NCBI RefSeq assembly: GCF_041956535.1 | Contig: NW_027192201.1 | Location: forward strand, 222,060 to 286,059 | Origin: Calcarisporiella thermophila CBS 279.70 | Taxonomy: Eukaryota > Fungi > Calcarisporiellomycota | Length of the DNA stretch: 64,000 bases | Reading direction: 5' to 3' | Part shown: positions 1-12,108 of the stretch, one piece after another | Position numbering within the stretch: position 1 is the first letter of the stretch | How the letters are laid out: every line of letters begins with the position of its first letter | The notes under the pieces: model-generated | Told to the model about the DNA's origin: nothing | Databases searched by the model: none | What the model saw: only the letters and a program-made list of their open reading frames with translations | Made by a program: the position numbers and the translations under genes

Positions 1-1402
1 GCTCTGCAAACAAAACCAAAATAAAGCCACTTTACCATCATACTGGCTTGGAGACAATTTGAAGTTGAGCATCATAAATGGGGTCTTTTTTGATCCTGAA
101 AATATATTTGAAAAGTTTCAATGGCTCCATACAGTAAATATTTCATTCAATATAAATGCTACCTTCCATCGCAGCATCATTCATTTTAAAAAACGTTTCC
201 CGTACCGTCGTTACCACGGTTTTCATCTCTCCGCGAGTCGCAGCGACTGGCCTGCCGTTAATATACAAATATACACGCTCTCCTTTGCAAAATTTGATAT
301 AATCTAGTGATGCAAGAATAAGAAAGTCATATATTCATGGAGCGCATCAAAGAAAAAAAGTAGGCTATACCTCGATCTCGCTCGGGTAACCACGCATTAA
401 TAATTACGCTCAATGATTCCTGTGAAGCCTGATCAAGAGTATCGTCCTCATATTGTAACTCGTGTTCTATATATTGTAATCTAGATGCCAGCGCGCCACC
501 GAAGAGAAATTTTATCACCTCCTGGGTAGTATTTGAGGCCGGCTTGATCCAATTCTGATCGAGGGTAGCGTTTGCACCGCGTTTCTTCGATCCTGCGCCG
601 TCAGCGACGTGCTTGAGAGAGAAACGTATATCAGGATGGATCAGAGAATATGTGATTAATGTTTCTTGAATGCGCCGATTTGATATTGAGGCGGATTTTT
701 GAGCCAGCTGATTATAAGAGAAGAGAAGAAAAGAAAAGAAAAAACAAAGATCTTAAGAAACATCTCGCCTAATGGGATTCGGATAATACCCACCTTTCTT
801 CTGACGGGAAAATTAATAAAAATTTTATTCGCTACCACGGTAGTTCCTGGAGATGAACTTGGGCCAACCGTCTTTGAACTAAACAAGGGAACCATTAATG
901 TCATCTGTCACATGCATATGTGTTCTTCACAATAGCCTCTCACTTAATCAAATTCCCGTTTCGATCCAGCTCGCACAATGTTGCTACCGCCTCTTTAGCA
1001 GTGCGAGTGGTAACATTCACAGAGAGAGAAACAGAACACACCGAGTTAAGTGCTTCGCCCCGGAAGCCATAGCTCATGACCCGCTCAAGATCCTCAAAGC
1101 GCTCGATCTTGGAGGTATAATAACGCTGGCCTACGTGGGCATAGTCTTCGAGAGCAATACCCGTCCCATTGTCCTTGACCGCAATGGAGGTTAAACCATC
1201 ACCAACTAATTTAACTTCGATGGAAGTCGCTCCTGCATCAATAGAATTTCTATCCATCGTTGAAAAAGCAATCAGTCCATGATCACTTAAGATTTGCGAA
1301 CGGAGACACCTACTCTACGAGCTCCTTCACCACGCTGTCTATGCTCGTTATTACTTGCGCTGAATTAAGTCGTCGAACGGTATCTTCGCCTAATTTCCTC
1401 AT
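1..1402 (-). CDS. MutL-family DNA mismatch repair ATPase, closest in motif to animal PMS1; 5' part only, runs off the window start
   Basis: Spliced N-terminus MRKLGEDTVRRLNSAQVITSIDSVVKELVE|NSIDAGATSIEV...DNGTGI...TSKI...YGFRGEALNS...GTTVV...NFPVRRK...LIHPDIRFSL carries the GHKL/MutL signature; several GT-AG introns. Confidence 0.9.
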
Positions 1403-2160
1403 TTAGCCGACACAGTAAGTAATCGAGGTAGCGTAAGAGGGAATACCCTTCGCGATCTACTTGATCAATTCGCGAAGGAGCTTCGAGATAAATTCGTAGC
1501 CGTTGAAAAGATATTCTAGGTGGCAAAAAAAAGTGACGACACGTGGATTGACACTTAAAGACTCGATATATCAGTCACGTTTCCTAATTAAGCCATCATC
1601 CATATCGAGCAATGAACAGGTAACTGCACACTCCAAGTGTATCATAGATATGGTTTTCTTAAAGCTACCCTGGATTCTCTGGCACGGTGCCGCGTGTACT
1701 CAATAGAGCTTAATTGGATCTTAGTTGGATTAGCCCCCGTCAACTCCATCCAGGTTTGGTTCTAGCAGAAATGCAGATGCACACCAGGTAACTAGGCAAC
1801 TTAAGTTAATTAAAATCATAAGAATATGCGTGTTCAGCACAGTATCCAAGCACAATACCTATTTGTGTATATAATTGACCTTGTGCTATCCCGGGATAGA
1901 CTAGATACTTTATTTTTTTGACAAAAGACAAACAAACAACAATAACTAATAAAATCAACAAAAAAGTTTTTCACACATCTTGATAATATCAGTTTTAGAC
2001 TACAGCTTAACTGAAACAGAGAAATAAAACGAACAGTAGGTAATAACTTAGAAATTAATAAGTGTGAAAGAGATATATATTTAGGAATAAGGGGCCAAAA
2101 AAAAAAGAGGTATAGCAAATGGTAGAGCATTAGTTTAGGCATTGTGTCTGCTGAGGAATT

Positions 2161-4589
2161 TCAACAAATACGGAAATTCGACACAAGTCTCTCGAAGAAG
2201 CTCTTCTTAGCCGGTTTTGGTGGTGGCAATTCTTCAGTAGGCTGTGCGCTAGTCTCAGGGGTATGAACGGCCTCGTGCCCATTCTCGGGAAGCGAGGGGG
2301 CCAAATTCTCTTCCCCTGTTTTGGTATCGCCGGCTGGTGTAGTCTGCACTTCAGAATGGGATTGTTGCGCTGGCACCTGATTCCCATGATGAAGAGGTTG
2401 GGAGGGGGCAATGTCTATTTGCCTATCGTTGATGAGCTTGCTGTCGGATAACTGCTCTTCGGCATTGCCTTCAGCTGCAAGCTCAGATATCGCAGGCTGT
2501 TCATCTTGGTTTGCATCCACAAGGACCTCTTCATTAACAGGCTCGATAGTATTCTCCGACGAAATCAAAGGAGCACTAATAGACAAAGGATCCTTCAAGC
2601 TATGCAGCTCAGGAGCGGGTTCAGCGGTGGATTCTGGTTCTTTGATGACGGGGTCTTCATTCAATAGATTTTCAGCTGATTGCTCAACAATAGGTTCTGC
2701 ACTGGGTGCCGATTCTTCGGCAGAATGACTTTGCTCCAGAAGTGGATCTTTAATCGCCTGTTCCGCAACGAGATCTTTTTCGGCGGCAACACCTTTTCCT
2801 TCAGGCTGTCCATCCAGCTGGACCTTCACATCTGTTTGTTCAGAGACTGGCACAGGCAAGGGATTTGGTTCATCAGCGATATGCTCCTCTTCCGGCACAG
2901 ATGCTTTTAGCGGTTGCTGAACAATAGGTTCTGCACTGGGCGTCGATCCTTCGGTAGCATGGTCCAGAAGTGGGTCTTTAATCGCTTGTTCCACAACGAA
3001 CTCTTTTTCGGCGTCAATGTCTTTACCCTCGGGTTGCTCATCCGGCTGGACTTTCATATCTGTTTGCTCAGAGACTGGCGTAGGTGAGAGATTTGGTTCT
3101 TCAGCAATACGCTCTTCTTCCGGCACAGATTCTTCTAGTAGTTTTTCGACAACTTGCTCAGTGACAGCTTCGTCCGGGCGAGAGGCGTCGTTATCATCAT
3201 GGACTGGCAGCTCACCAGTTTCATGGCTAGGTTCTACCTCCTCAATCTTGAGTTCAACGGGCGTTTCAAGAGGGCTTGGAATTTCTTCAGGTTTATCTGA
3301 TTCATGGAGTATTGTAGTCGACTCGGTAGCATGTGTATCTTGTGGAATAGTAGGGTTATCATCAGAAGTAAGTCCTTCAGCTTCGGTAAGTGGTGAGGCA
3401 GCTAGAGGCAGAGAAGCATCAGCTAAATGGCTGACAGACTCAGATTCCTTTGCTACCCCCATGGTCGAATCTTCAACCACGTGAGCGTGCTCGTTAGATT
3501 CGTTGAGCTTGCTTAGTTCATCATCGGCAGATTCTACAGAAATAGGGGCTTCCTCCAGGGAGGTTGAATGGGTGGCAGGGTCGACTACAGGAGCTTGCTC
3601 CTCTGCACTAGGTTTTGCGGGAATTTCCTCGGGAGCGGACTCAGAGTTGTCATTAGGCTTCTCGGCAACGCGCAACTTCTCCGTCTCGAGTGCTATAATA
3701 TTTGAAGCTTTTGTTAAGGAAGCAGGTTCAGAAGTAGACGCCCAGACTTTAGCCGTGGCTAGCCTGTCGGAGCTGAGAATTCTCAGGAGCAACTTACCAG
3801 GAGTCTCCTGGACTGAAGACGGCACTTCTTCCTCAGGTTCGATTGTGGTAGTTCCCGCTGGCTCCTTCTCGTCCTCCTCCTTGGAGTCAATTTGCTCAGT
3901 TAGAGAACTTATAGGTGCACTCTCTTCCACAACAGGCTCTTCCGGAGTCGAGTCTTTGAGCGGTTCCTCGGGCTCAACCTCTTCTTTTCCTTCGGGCTCA
4001 ATAGCAGTGGGGCTAAAGCTCTCCACAGCTTTTTCGCCCTTCTCGTGCTTGGAATTATTTAGCTTCAACGACGCGTCCGGGTTGGTCGCTTCCTCCACAA
4101 TGGGCTCTTCCGTATTCAATATTTCCAGAGCTTCCTTAATTTCTCGCTTTTCAGTCAAGCCTTTCTCATCCACAAGCACGGTTTCTCCGTTAGAGTACTC
4201 AGGAGGCGCCGGTTTTATATCTAGTGAGTCCGACCAAAATGACACGCGTTAGATAAACACGATATATATTATATCAAACCATGCCACTACCTTGTATGGC
4301 CCCATCAATAGGTTTTGCTACCTTCAAAGCTTCGATTTGATCAGAATTTAGCTCATCTATAATCAGGCTACAGGTTAAGGGACAGAAAATTAAATCGTAT
4401 TGAGTTCTTAAACGCTTACGCTTTAAGCCGGTTGATTCGGATGACTTCTTTTCTTCGATTGCTATCAAACAAATCCATTTAGAAACACGTTAATTAAAAC
4501 GCATCCATCGAAATTGAAGACTGGGCAGACGCACGGGTAAGGTCCTCGACCGCGGTATCCAGCTTGGTATTTTCAATGTGCTCCGACAT
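2161..4589 (-). CDS. Large acidic E/P/S-rich, probably disordered protein with an internal ~77-aa duplication and a basic C-terminal tail ending in Cys
   Basis: 694-aa open exon 2161-4245. Small upstream exons begin at ATG 4589 (MSEHIENTKLDTAVEDLT|gtgcgt). No family recognised. Confidence 0.7.
2683..3131 (-). repeat. Two tandem ~231-bp coding repeats in the acidic protein
   Basis: SVPEEERIAEEPN..PVSEQTDMKVQPDEQPEGK..AEK..V.EQAIKDPLL..PSAEPIV occurs twice. Confidence 0.85.
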
Positions 4590-5449
4590 CTCGATTCATT
4601 AATCAACCACGATTTCGGAAATCGGCGTGAAGAAAGAAAGACGTTAGCTAGGGTATAGAGGAAGGGAAACTGGTGTTTGGGGTTTGCAGAAGAAACAGAA
4701 AAGAGGCGAGGGATTTTTCTGGGCCCAAATGGAGGCGCGTCGAGGGAACGAGGACCAGGAAATTGCAGTGTGGTCGGACGCAGAAATTGGCCAGAGTGAG
4801 TCGAGAAAGGAAAATGGACCGCGTGCTCTATTACGTCGAATGACGACTGCTGGAGGCCCGAATTTGGTTGCCGGCCGAAAACCGCCCCTTCACAAGTACC
4901 CAAGTATCCCAATATATGCATGCTTGCGCAAATTCGACATCCGAAATCCATTGCTTCTGGGGAGCTGCAGCCACGGTAGCCTTGCGCTCGTCCGTGTAGC
5001 TTGAGGCTCGGCATGGCACTCCTCTTCCTCCTTAGGTGAATCTCCGACGGTGGCAGAGTGCGGAGCTCTAGTGATATTGCTATGGAATTATAGATTGCAT
5101 ATTTGGGTGCATTTAAGACGCCTCTATTCTCCTCGACAAAGGTGATTTTCCTTTTTCCACAATTTTAATCTCCCTCAAGTTGGACTAATCTAATCCCACC
5201 TCTAACGCTTGGATATCCCTTTCTCCATCTATCACATTCTATGAGATATCTGAGGGCATCGCTACCTGCCTGCACTTTCGCAACGGAGCGTCATTATTGA
5301 AGGTTAGATCTAAGTTGAGCAAATTACCCAAAAATACATCACGTCTAGGATAAAAACAACACAAAGAATTTACAGCAAAGCCCAAATGAAAAAAAAAAAG
5401 CCAAATTATACATGTATGCATATGTAGAGATAAATGCACATCGATTCCT

Positions 5450-7811
5450 TCAGTGCATTGATTTGTGTCGCTTCACTATGCTGATATTCTCCCTTCCATA
5501 CATGCGGGAGCCTGCCCCTTGGCCCGAGTTCTTCAGTCGAAGATAGATTCTGTCCAACGCAAGCTCAATTAAACACCTGGCCCTTATCAAGCTCAAGTGC
5601 GGCCACGTGGAGCTCTCCCCGCGTTCGATCCAGTGATCAACAAGTGCGCGGGTCGGGTTAGACAGGAGTTTTCCAAAGTCGGATAGGAAAATTTGCGGAA
5701 CAATGGTGATGTCTCCACTCACCCTCTCGTCGACAAGTCCCCTAAGCGATTTGGGAATGATGCCAAGTTTGTCGAGCTAAAAATGGAAACGTTAGCGACC
5801 ATGAGGAGCGGAAAAACTGAGAGAACTGCAGACCTGGGTTAGGCGATGGTGAATCTCGGCCATGAACACGATCCCAAATCGAAACCACAGGGTGTCACCC
5901 CAATGGTATAGGCCCTTGGGCAAAAAGGGGGCTACGAATGGGTTGCCCTGAGAGAGAATGAAGTGATTGACATTATAGAGCTCGGAAATTCTTGCTAAAA
6001 CCGACTCCCTGGTCATTAAAAAATCATAATAACATGTCTAGTAAGCAATCGGGGTGGAGGAGGTCGAAATTAATTTACCCTTCGACAGAGGTGGTATCAG
6101 ACCATTTTCTCCATTTCACTGTAAAAAATGGAGGTGAATACAGTGTAGGCCCACTGGTCCAGTTTTGTACTATTCTTACCAGATCCCCACGATATGATAT
6201 TTCCCTTTCTATCCTTTGCCAAAAGATCTATTTGATCATACAGCCCAAACATAGCAACAGATGCACAAGCAGCACTCCGAATCAACTATACTCAGAAACG
6301 GGCCAGACCTATTGAGTCAATGATATTGCAGACAATATCCAATTTTCCAGACTCACCACATTGGGGGCAGAGAGATAATTAAGAAGCTGAGGCACCTCAT
6401 ATCGCCTGGAAGAGAACACAGTAATGTTCAGGATACGCTTGGTACGTTTGTATGCCTCTTCGAAAGTAATATCGCCAACATTACTGCGAACATACTCCTC
6501 TAGAACTCGGATATCCATAAAATAGCCTATATCCATCCCATGCTTTCATCAATGAACAATGAAACGCTTTAAATGGGTCCTCGACATTACCATGACGAAG
6601 GAGTTGATGAATCTTTCGCCACACGGTCCCCTGCAGTGGTGCCTTTGCAAACGCTCCGAGATTAATACCATTGGGCTTGAAAAGATTCTAGAGAAACAAT
6701 GAGGGGAATATCAGGGAGAGAAAAAAAAACATTAGTTAGAAAAAGGAACCTGGCAACATTCTGCAGATTTAAAATATATACAATAAGTTCTTCATCTGTA
6801 CAGGTGCAGATTAAAGCGGCCATCAAATTTCCCACTCCGGAGCCACAGATGATACGCGGTAAAAGTCCATTTTCGTTTAGAGACTTGGCCACTCCAAGGT
6901 GGAAGAGACCTATGTGATGAAGGGCTTCAGTGGCCGATTCCCATTTGCATCAAGGGGAGTTGAGCACTTACCAAACGAGGATCCTCCGTAAAGTAACAGT
7001 GCAGACCGCCCGAAACATTGTCGCGCGTCCGAGAAAAAATTCAACTTGGATTGTCTTGAGAGATCAGGAAAATTATTGTCTGCAATGTACTCGAACGCAT
7101 CCACCACCGTACACAGATATTCTTCTATAAGGTTTTTGGTACTAAGGATAGAAAGGCGGAAAAAATGATATTAATTTCTCCGAAGCATTCTAAAAAGAGG
7201 CAAAGGGTGCCATACCCGAGATACGAGCGTGAATAAAGACGCGGATTACCGAGACCGGCAAGATTGCGTATAAGCCCTATGGGCGGAGAGAGGGGTTATG
7301 GTTTAGATTCTAATGTTGCCAATTGTATGAATTCATGTACCCGATCTAAGCAAATAAAGCATGGCATCAACGTCGTTATTTTCCCGCACTCGCTTCAAGT
7401 GCTGAAGTTTCTGGTATATGTATTTATAATCATAAAATCTTGAGGCAGGGCTCTCTCGCCAAACATCATTTCCAAGAAAACTGGAAACAGGCGAAGGAGT
7501 AAGTTGGAGGCCATTAGTGAGGGTAAACCAAGAAGCAGTAAATTCAAAGGCTCAATACTAACAAATCCAGCTCTGCTGCTTTGAGTGCCCATGCTTCGTA
7601 GCTTTTTGCCTCTAGCATCCCTTGCTTGAGCTGCTGCACGGGATCAGGCCTGTTAATTAATCTCCATACAATCTAGGTCCATGCCAATTACAAAGACCCC
7701 AATGTGTCAGAGACTCAGGTAGGATAGAGAGGGGGGCAAAGGCTAATTTACCATGAACCAGTACGAGAAGGCATCAATGAAGAAGTAGATCAAATTAATA
7801 AGAAATTCCAT
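5450..7811 (-). CDS. Patatin-domain triacylglycerol lipase homologue, Tgl3/4/5 family
   Basis: Exons encode FGRSALLLYGGSSFG..HLGV, LLPRIICGSGVG, GDITFEEAYKRTKRILNITV, LLNYLSAPNV, RISELYNVNHFILSQ, GDITIVP and GESSTWP..IRARCLIELALD. Confidence 0.88.
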
Positions 7812-8065
7812 GTTTCCATTATACAACCTAATGAAGTTGCGAATTTAGAGTATGGCGATAGCCTACTTGAAATGAAAATGGCCCATTTTAATTCCATTGA
7901 CACGTGGAAATCCATTTGAAATACAAAATCGGTCAACCAGTGATGACTCGACCTCGGGAAGGGGGGGGGGGTTAAAGGTTCGTTTAACCTTTAACTTTTC
8001 CACACTCACGTCCTTGCTCTTTTCTTCAGCGATTTTGATTCATTCTGTCCCCAACCAGCACAGCC

Positions 8066-8593
8066 ATGGCCAGCGCTCCCATCTCAACCCTTTACGCTCC
8101 AGCCTTCGTCATTTACAATGTTCTTCTCAACTTCCGCGCCGCCGGAAATCGTGCCAAGACGGGTATCCTATTGGGCGGCAACTCGCCCTCGCCCATTACG
8201 TCCGCCGCTGAGGAGGAAAAGAAGAATAGCCAGTCGGCCGGTGGTAATCCTATCTACCGCATATCGCCGCGCAATCCGCTGCTCGATCGCTTTGGAGTTA
8301 TGGAGCGAGCCATTCGCGCTCATGCAAACTTTATTGAGAACGTCCCGCTAGCGCTTTTCTCAATCTACCTGTACGAAATCAACGGCGCGCCCACCTCCCA
8401 TATCCATGGATTGCTCGGGACTCTCCTAGCGGCGCGTATATTGCACGCTGAGTTTGGGCTGATGCTCAAGCAAAACTCGCTCGGCTTCGGAAGAATCTTT
8501 GGGTATTTCGGAACCATTGGAGTCTACTTGGCTTCGGCGATCGGCCTTATTCTGCAGAACTGGGCCAAGATGCACAATAAGACCAAGTTGTAA
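8066..8593 (+). CDS. MAPEG family membrane protein (microsomal GST-like)
   Basis: Intronless 175 aa with RAIRAHANFIENVP and LLAARILHA motifs and hydrophobic helices. Confidence 0.9.
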   Translation: MASAPISTLYAPAFVIYNVLLNFRAAGNRAKTGILLGGNSPSPITSAAEEEKKNSQSAGGNPIYRISPRNPLLDRFGVMERAIRAHANFIENVPLALFSIYLYEINGAPTSHIHGLLGTLLAARILHAEFGLMLKQNSLGFGRIFGYFGTIGVYLASAIGLILQNWAKMHNKTKL

Positions 8594-9077
8594 ATGCGCT
8601 TTTACTGGAGTCATAGTAGGCGCTCCGTTCCCGTCGCTCTCCAACAAGTAAAAAAAGCAGTCGTTTTTCACTTGGCGAAGACATTACTAATTCTATGACC
8701 TCTTTTGCTCTTACGAAGTTCACGATAATATTTATCTCCTTATAAATGTATTAACTTTGATTTGATAGTGGTTGCTCTCTATTAGCCTACATTTTTACTG
8801 TTGTTTCGCTAAAGTAAAAAATAAAGGAATAATTTATAACAACAAATCCGTTTGAGTATGGGCCGATATTTCCATTTTACCAACGCGCCTCGCTTAGGAT
8901 GCGGGGACTCTGCACCTAAAAATGCCTCAGGAGTTGAGGGCAGCCAAACTCTGACGATCCCCGCCCTCTCCACCCAATCCAGCCCAAAATTCCTCACGGT
9001 CTCGTCCCCCCTCCCCTCCACTCCATCAACCCATCCATCCATCCCATTTAACACTCTAAAAAAGAGCATCCAAGGGA

Positions 9078-10300
9078 ATGTCATCTTACACGAAGAACCC
9101 CTTCGAATTGCTGGGCGACGGCGTCGAGGACGTGGAGGTTCTCTCCCGGCAGCAGCAGCAGCAGAAAAAGGACCAAAAGTCCGCCAAAGAGGCCGCCCCT
9201 AAGCAGCAACAGCAGGCTCGGACCGCTGGCGACCGAACTCGCGCTCAAAAGGACGAGCGCCGTGTCCGCCGCGACTACCCCGTTCGCGGAGGAGCGCGTG
9301 GTGGAGTCGCTGTTTCGGGACGCGCCGAACGTGAGCATTGGTTCATCTTTTACCCCAATCTAACTTAATTTGCCAACTAAGCATTCTGATAATTTTCGGC
9401 GTCCTTTTAGCCCCTCGATTCGGCCGCGAACGCGAGGATGGAGGTGATTTCTCCCGCGCTTCGCGTGGAGCACGCCGTAGCGAGCGTAGCCGCGGTGGAA
9501 GTTTCCGCGGAAGAGGCCGCCAATTCGATCGTCACAGCGCAACTGGTTTAGTGTAGGAGTCATGGTTTTTTTTTCCTTTTGTTCCACTGCTCCTTGATTA
9601 ATTACAATGGCTACTCTTTCCTATAGGGATAATGAGAAAAAAGAGAAGCAGGGTTGGGGTGAGCCCACTACTGCTGAGGCTGAAGGCGAGAAGATCGCCA
9701 AAGAGGACTCGTAAGTTATCCCATCTCCCCTTTCTCTCTTGAATATCTGATTTCATGCTTTCATTTTATAATAGCAACGAGGCCTTGGCTGAGGATAAAG
9801 CCGAAGGAGCAGCTGCCGCCGACGCTGAGCCCGAAGAAGTTGTCAAGACACTGGATGAATACTTGGCGGAGAAAGCCAGCAAAGGCTTGAACGTTTCCCT
9901 CCCTGATGAGCGCAAACCCAACGAGGGTGTGGATGATGCACAGTGGAAGGGAGCCGTGGAGCTCAGCCGGGATGAGGAAGAGTACCTCTTCTTGGGCAAG
10001 GTATGAGGATTGGCTTGGTTTTCCGCGTGCCATGGACACGCCCATTCTAAATTCGAGATGCTCCCGTTTTAGGAACAAGCCGGCAAGAGCAAGGCCCGCA
10101 AGGAGAAGGGTACCAAAGTCTTTGTTGACATTGAGCAGCGCTTCGCCGAACGCCCGCGCCGTGGCGGTTTTGGTGGTGAGCGTGGCGCTCGCCCTGGCAG
10201 CGAGCGTGGTGGACGAGGTGGCCGTGGTGGTCGCCGGGGACAGCAAAATGGAGTGAATGTGGAGGACAACCGTGCGTTCCCCGCGCTCGGAGCCAAGTAA
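9078..10300 (+). CDS. STM1: Stm1/HABP4-PAI-RBP1 family ribosome-preservation RNA-binding protein
   Basis: N-terminal NPFELLG, RQFDRHSATG, GWG, KTLDEYLAE, RGG boxes and C-terminal FPALG; 4 introns. Confidence 0.88.
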
Positions 10301-10941
10301 GGAATGGGAAGGCTCCTCAAAATTTTTACGAAAAGGTGAACGTCTAGGATTGCCGGAACAATTTTCTTCTTCTACTTCTCTTTTTTCTTCGTAACTCGAT
10401 TTTTTTTTTCTTTCTAAAACAAAAGGAGGTTTTATATGGATTCGTTTTTTTTTGTTGTGTCTTCTATGTGGGTGGTGATCGCCAGATAAGCTATAACTTA
10501 TTGACAAGAACTATTACATTCTATTCTCTTGGGTGTTATTGTTTGAATTTATTTTTTCTTCCTCTTTGTTTTATTTTCTTGTTAGTATTTTACATTCTCT
10601 TCTCCTTTTCTCGCCTTTACTTTTTTTTATTTTAAGCTTCTATCAAGAAATTTAAATAAAGCAACATTTTTCATAGGCAGCTTCTCCACACTATGCGATG
10701 GTCTCGGCTATGGAAAAGGTTTGTTTCTCTAGATTTAGAGGATGGGTAAGCAGCTTGAAAGCAAAATGGGGCCGAAGAAAGTTATTGTTCGTGAGCTAAA
10801 GTCTATTTACAAGCACACAGCAACACCACTGGCATAATGAAAAATCCAAGTATATACAAGACGATTGAAAAACTAGGGATCCCATCGAACATGCAGAGCG
10901 CACATAGGGTATACAACGGATAATGGATATGGCTCAATTCT

Positions 10942-11775
10942 CTATTGCAGTTTGCTCCATAGATCATTCAAGATGGAGGAGAGTTCGTTCACCCACTGGC
11001 GGGTCTTTTTGGCCGTTTTGCCCTCCAGCCTAGAACCAAACCGCTGCTCGAACTTATCGGGGTGGAAACGTAGTTGCTCTCGTCTTACTCTCCGCCTCCT
11101 TTCGTCCAAGGTGCCGCCTGCACTGAATATGAACTCCTCCACCGACTTGCTACCCAGCTCTTGCCCAACCACCGGCCACGGCACGTCCTCATATCGAATC
11201 ACCTGCAGCGCCGCGAGAGCCTCCCAATCCTTCTCAAATTGGGCGTGCTTCCTCTGCAGCTCTTCTTTGCGCTTGGCTCTTCGCGCCTCTTCTCTCTGCT
11301 TTTCCCTTAGCGCCTCCTCTGCCCGCCATCTCGCCTTCTGCTCCTCTCGTTCCCTCCTTCGCTTTTCCTCTCGCGCCTCCCGCTCTCGTCGCTGCCGTAT
11401 TTCCTCCGCATGTTTTCTCTCCCACATTCCTTGCACAATGTATTGTCTATAGCTCTCATCGTCCATTTCGTGGTCCCAATATTGATCATCCCAAGATGTG
11501 AACGACTCGTACCAGGCATCTTGGCCCTCATCCTCAGCAAGTGCATCAAAGATACGCTGATTCCAATCAGAATCCGCCTTGTGTGCCTGAGGAGGAGGGA
11601 TCCAGCCCTCTTCAAAATAAGCTGGTGTAGGCGGGGCTCTGGGAGGGGATCGAGACCGAGATCGGGATCTCGAGCGAGATCGCCGGCGATGTTTGTGCTT
11701 CTTACTCTTATGTCGTTTGCGCGGAGGCGATTCGTCGCGGGGAGGAGATTTGAATCGTAGTTTAGAGAGTGGCAT
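10942..11775 (-). CDS. NFKBIL1 (IkBL)-like protein with RS-rich N-terminus and coiled coil, no ankyrin repeats seen
   Basis: Intronless 277 aa with DVPWP and RVRREQLRFHPDKFEQRF motifs and an RSRSRSRS tract. Confidence 0.75.
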   Translation of the reverse strand: MPLSKLRFKSPPRDESPPRKRHKSKKHKHRRRSRSRSRSRSRSPPRAPPTPAYFEEGWIPPPQAHKADSDWNQRIFDALAEDEGQDAWYESFTSWDDQYWDHEMDDESYRQYIVQGMWERKHAEEIRQRREREAREEKRRREREEQKARWRAEEALREKQREEARRAKRKEELQRKHAQFEKDWEALAALQVIRYEDVPWPVVGQELGSKSVEEFIFSAGGTLDERRRRVRREQLRFHPDKFEQRFGSRLEGKTAKKTRQWVNELSSILNDLWSKLQ

Positions 11776-12108
11776 TGAGGTCAGCGGCAGGGAGTAGGAA
11801 ACCGAAAATCAAAGGAACCTATAATTCTTAATCTCAACTGCCTACGCCACAGAGTTCGGGTCTTTGATTTTGCAAACTTGACAGGCCGTAGCTGAGTTTT
11901 CTCGACCCATTAGACTCTCTCATCGGGAGCAAATTGTAAAATCAGAAAGTTGATATATTTCAAATCGTATAAAATTAACAGCGCATTTTAATACAAAAAT
12001 AGTCGTCTATAAATATAACTATGTATAGGCTTTTTTACAGCACTAGGCTGCTTTTTAGTAAAAGAGAGAGAGGGATGGTACGCCGAAAAATACAGGGGGA
12101 GAAAATCA

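Noticed and set aside
1834-2163. Cys-TGA at the end of the acidic protein read as selenocysteine or readthrough into an in-frame downstream ORF
   Set aside because: The extension is AT-rich, 3' UTR-like sequence; no SECIS or redox fold was recognised.
3017-4252. Long Ser-rich plus-strand ORFs
   Set aside because: Antisense shadows of the Glu-rich minus-strand gene. The same applies to the many antisense ORFs over OYE, the kelch gene, OSCA and the oxygenase.
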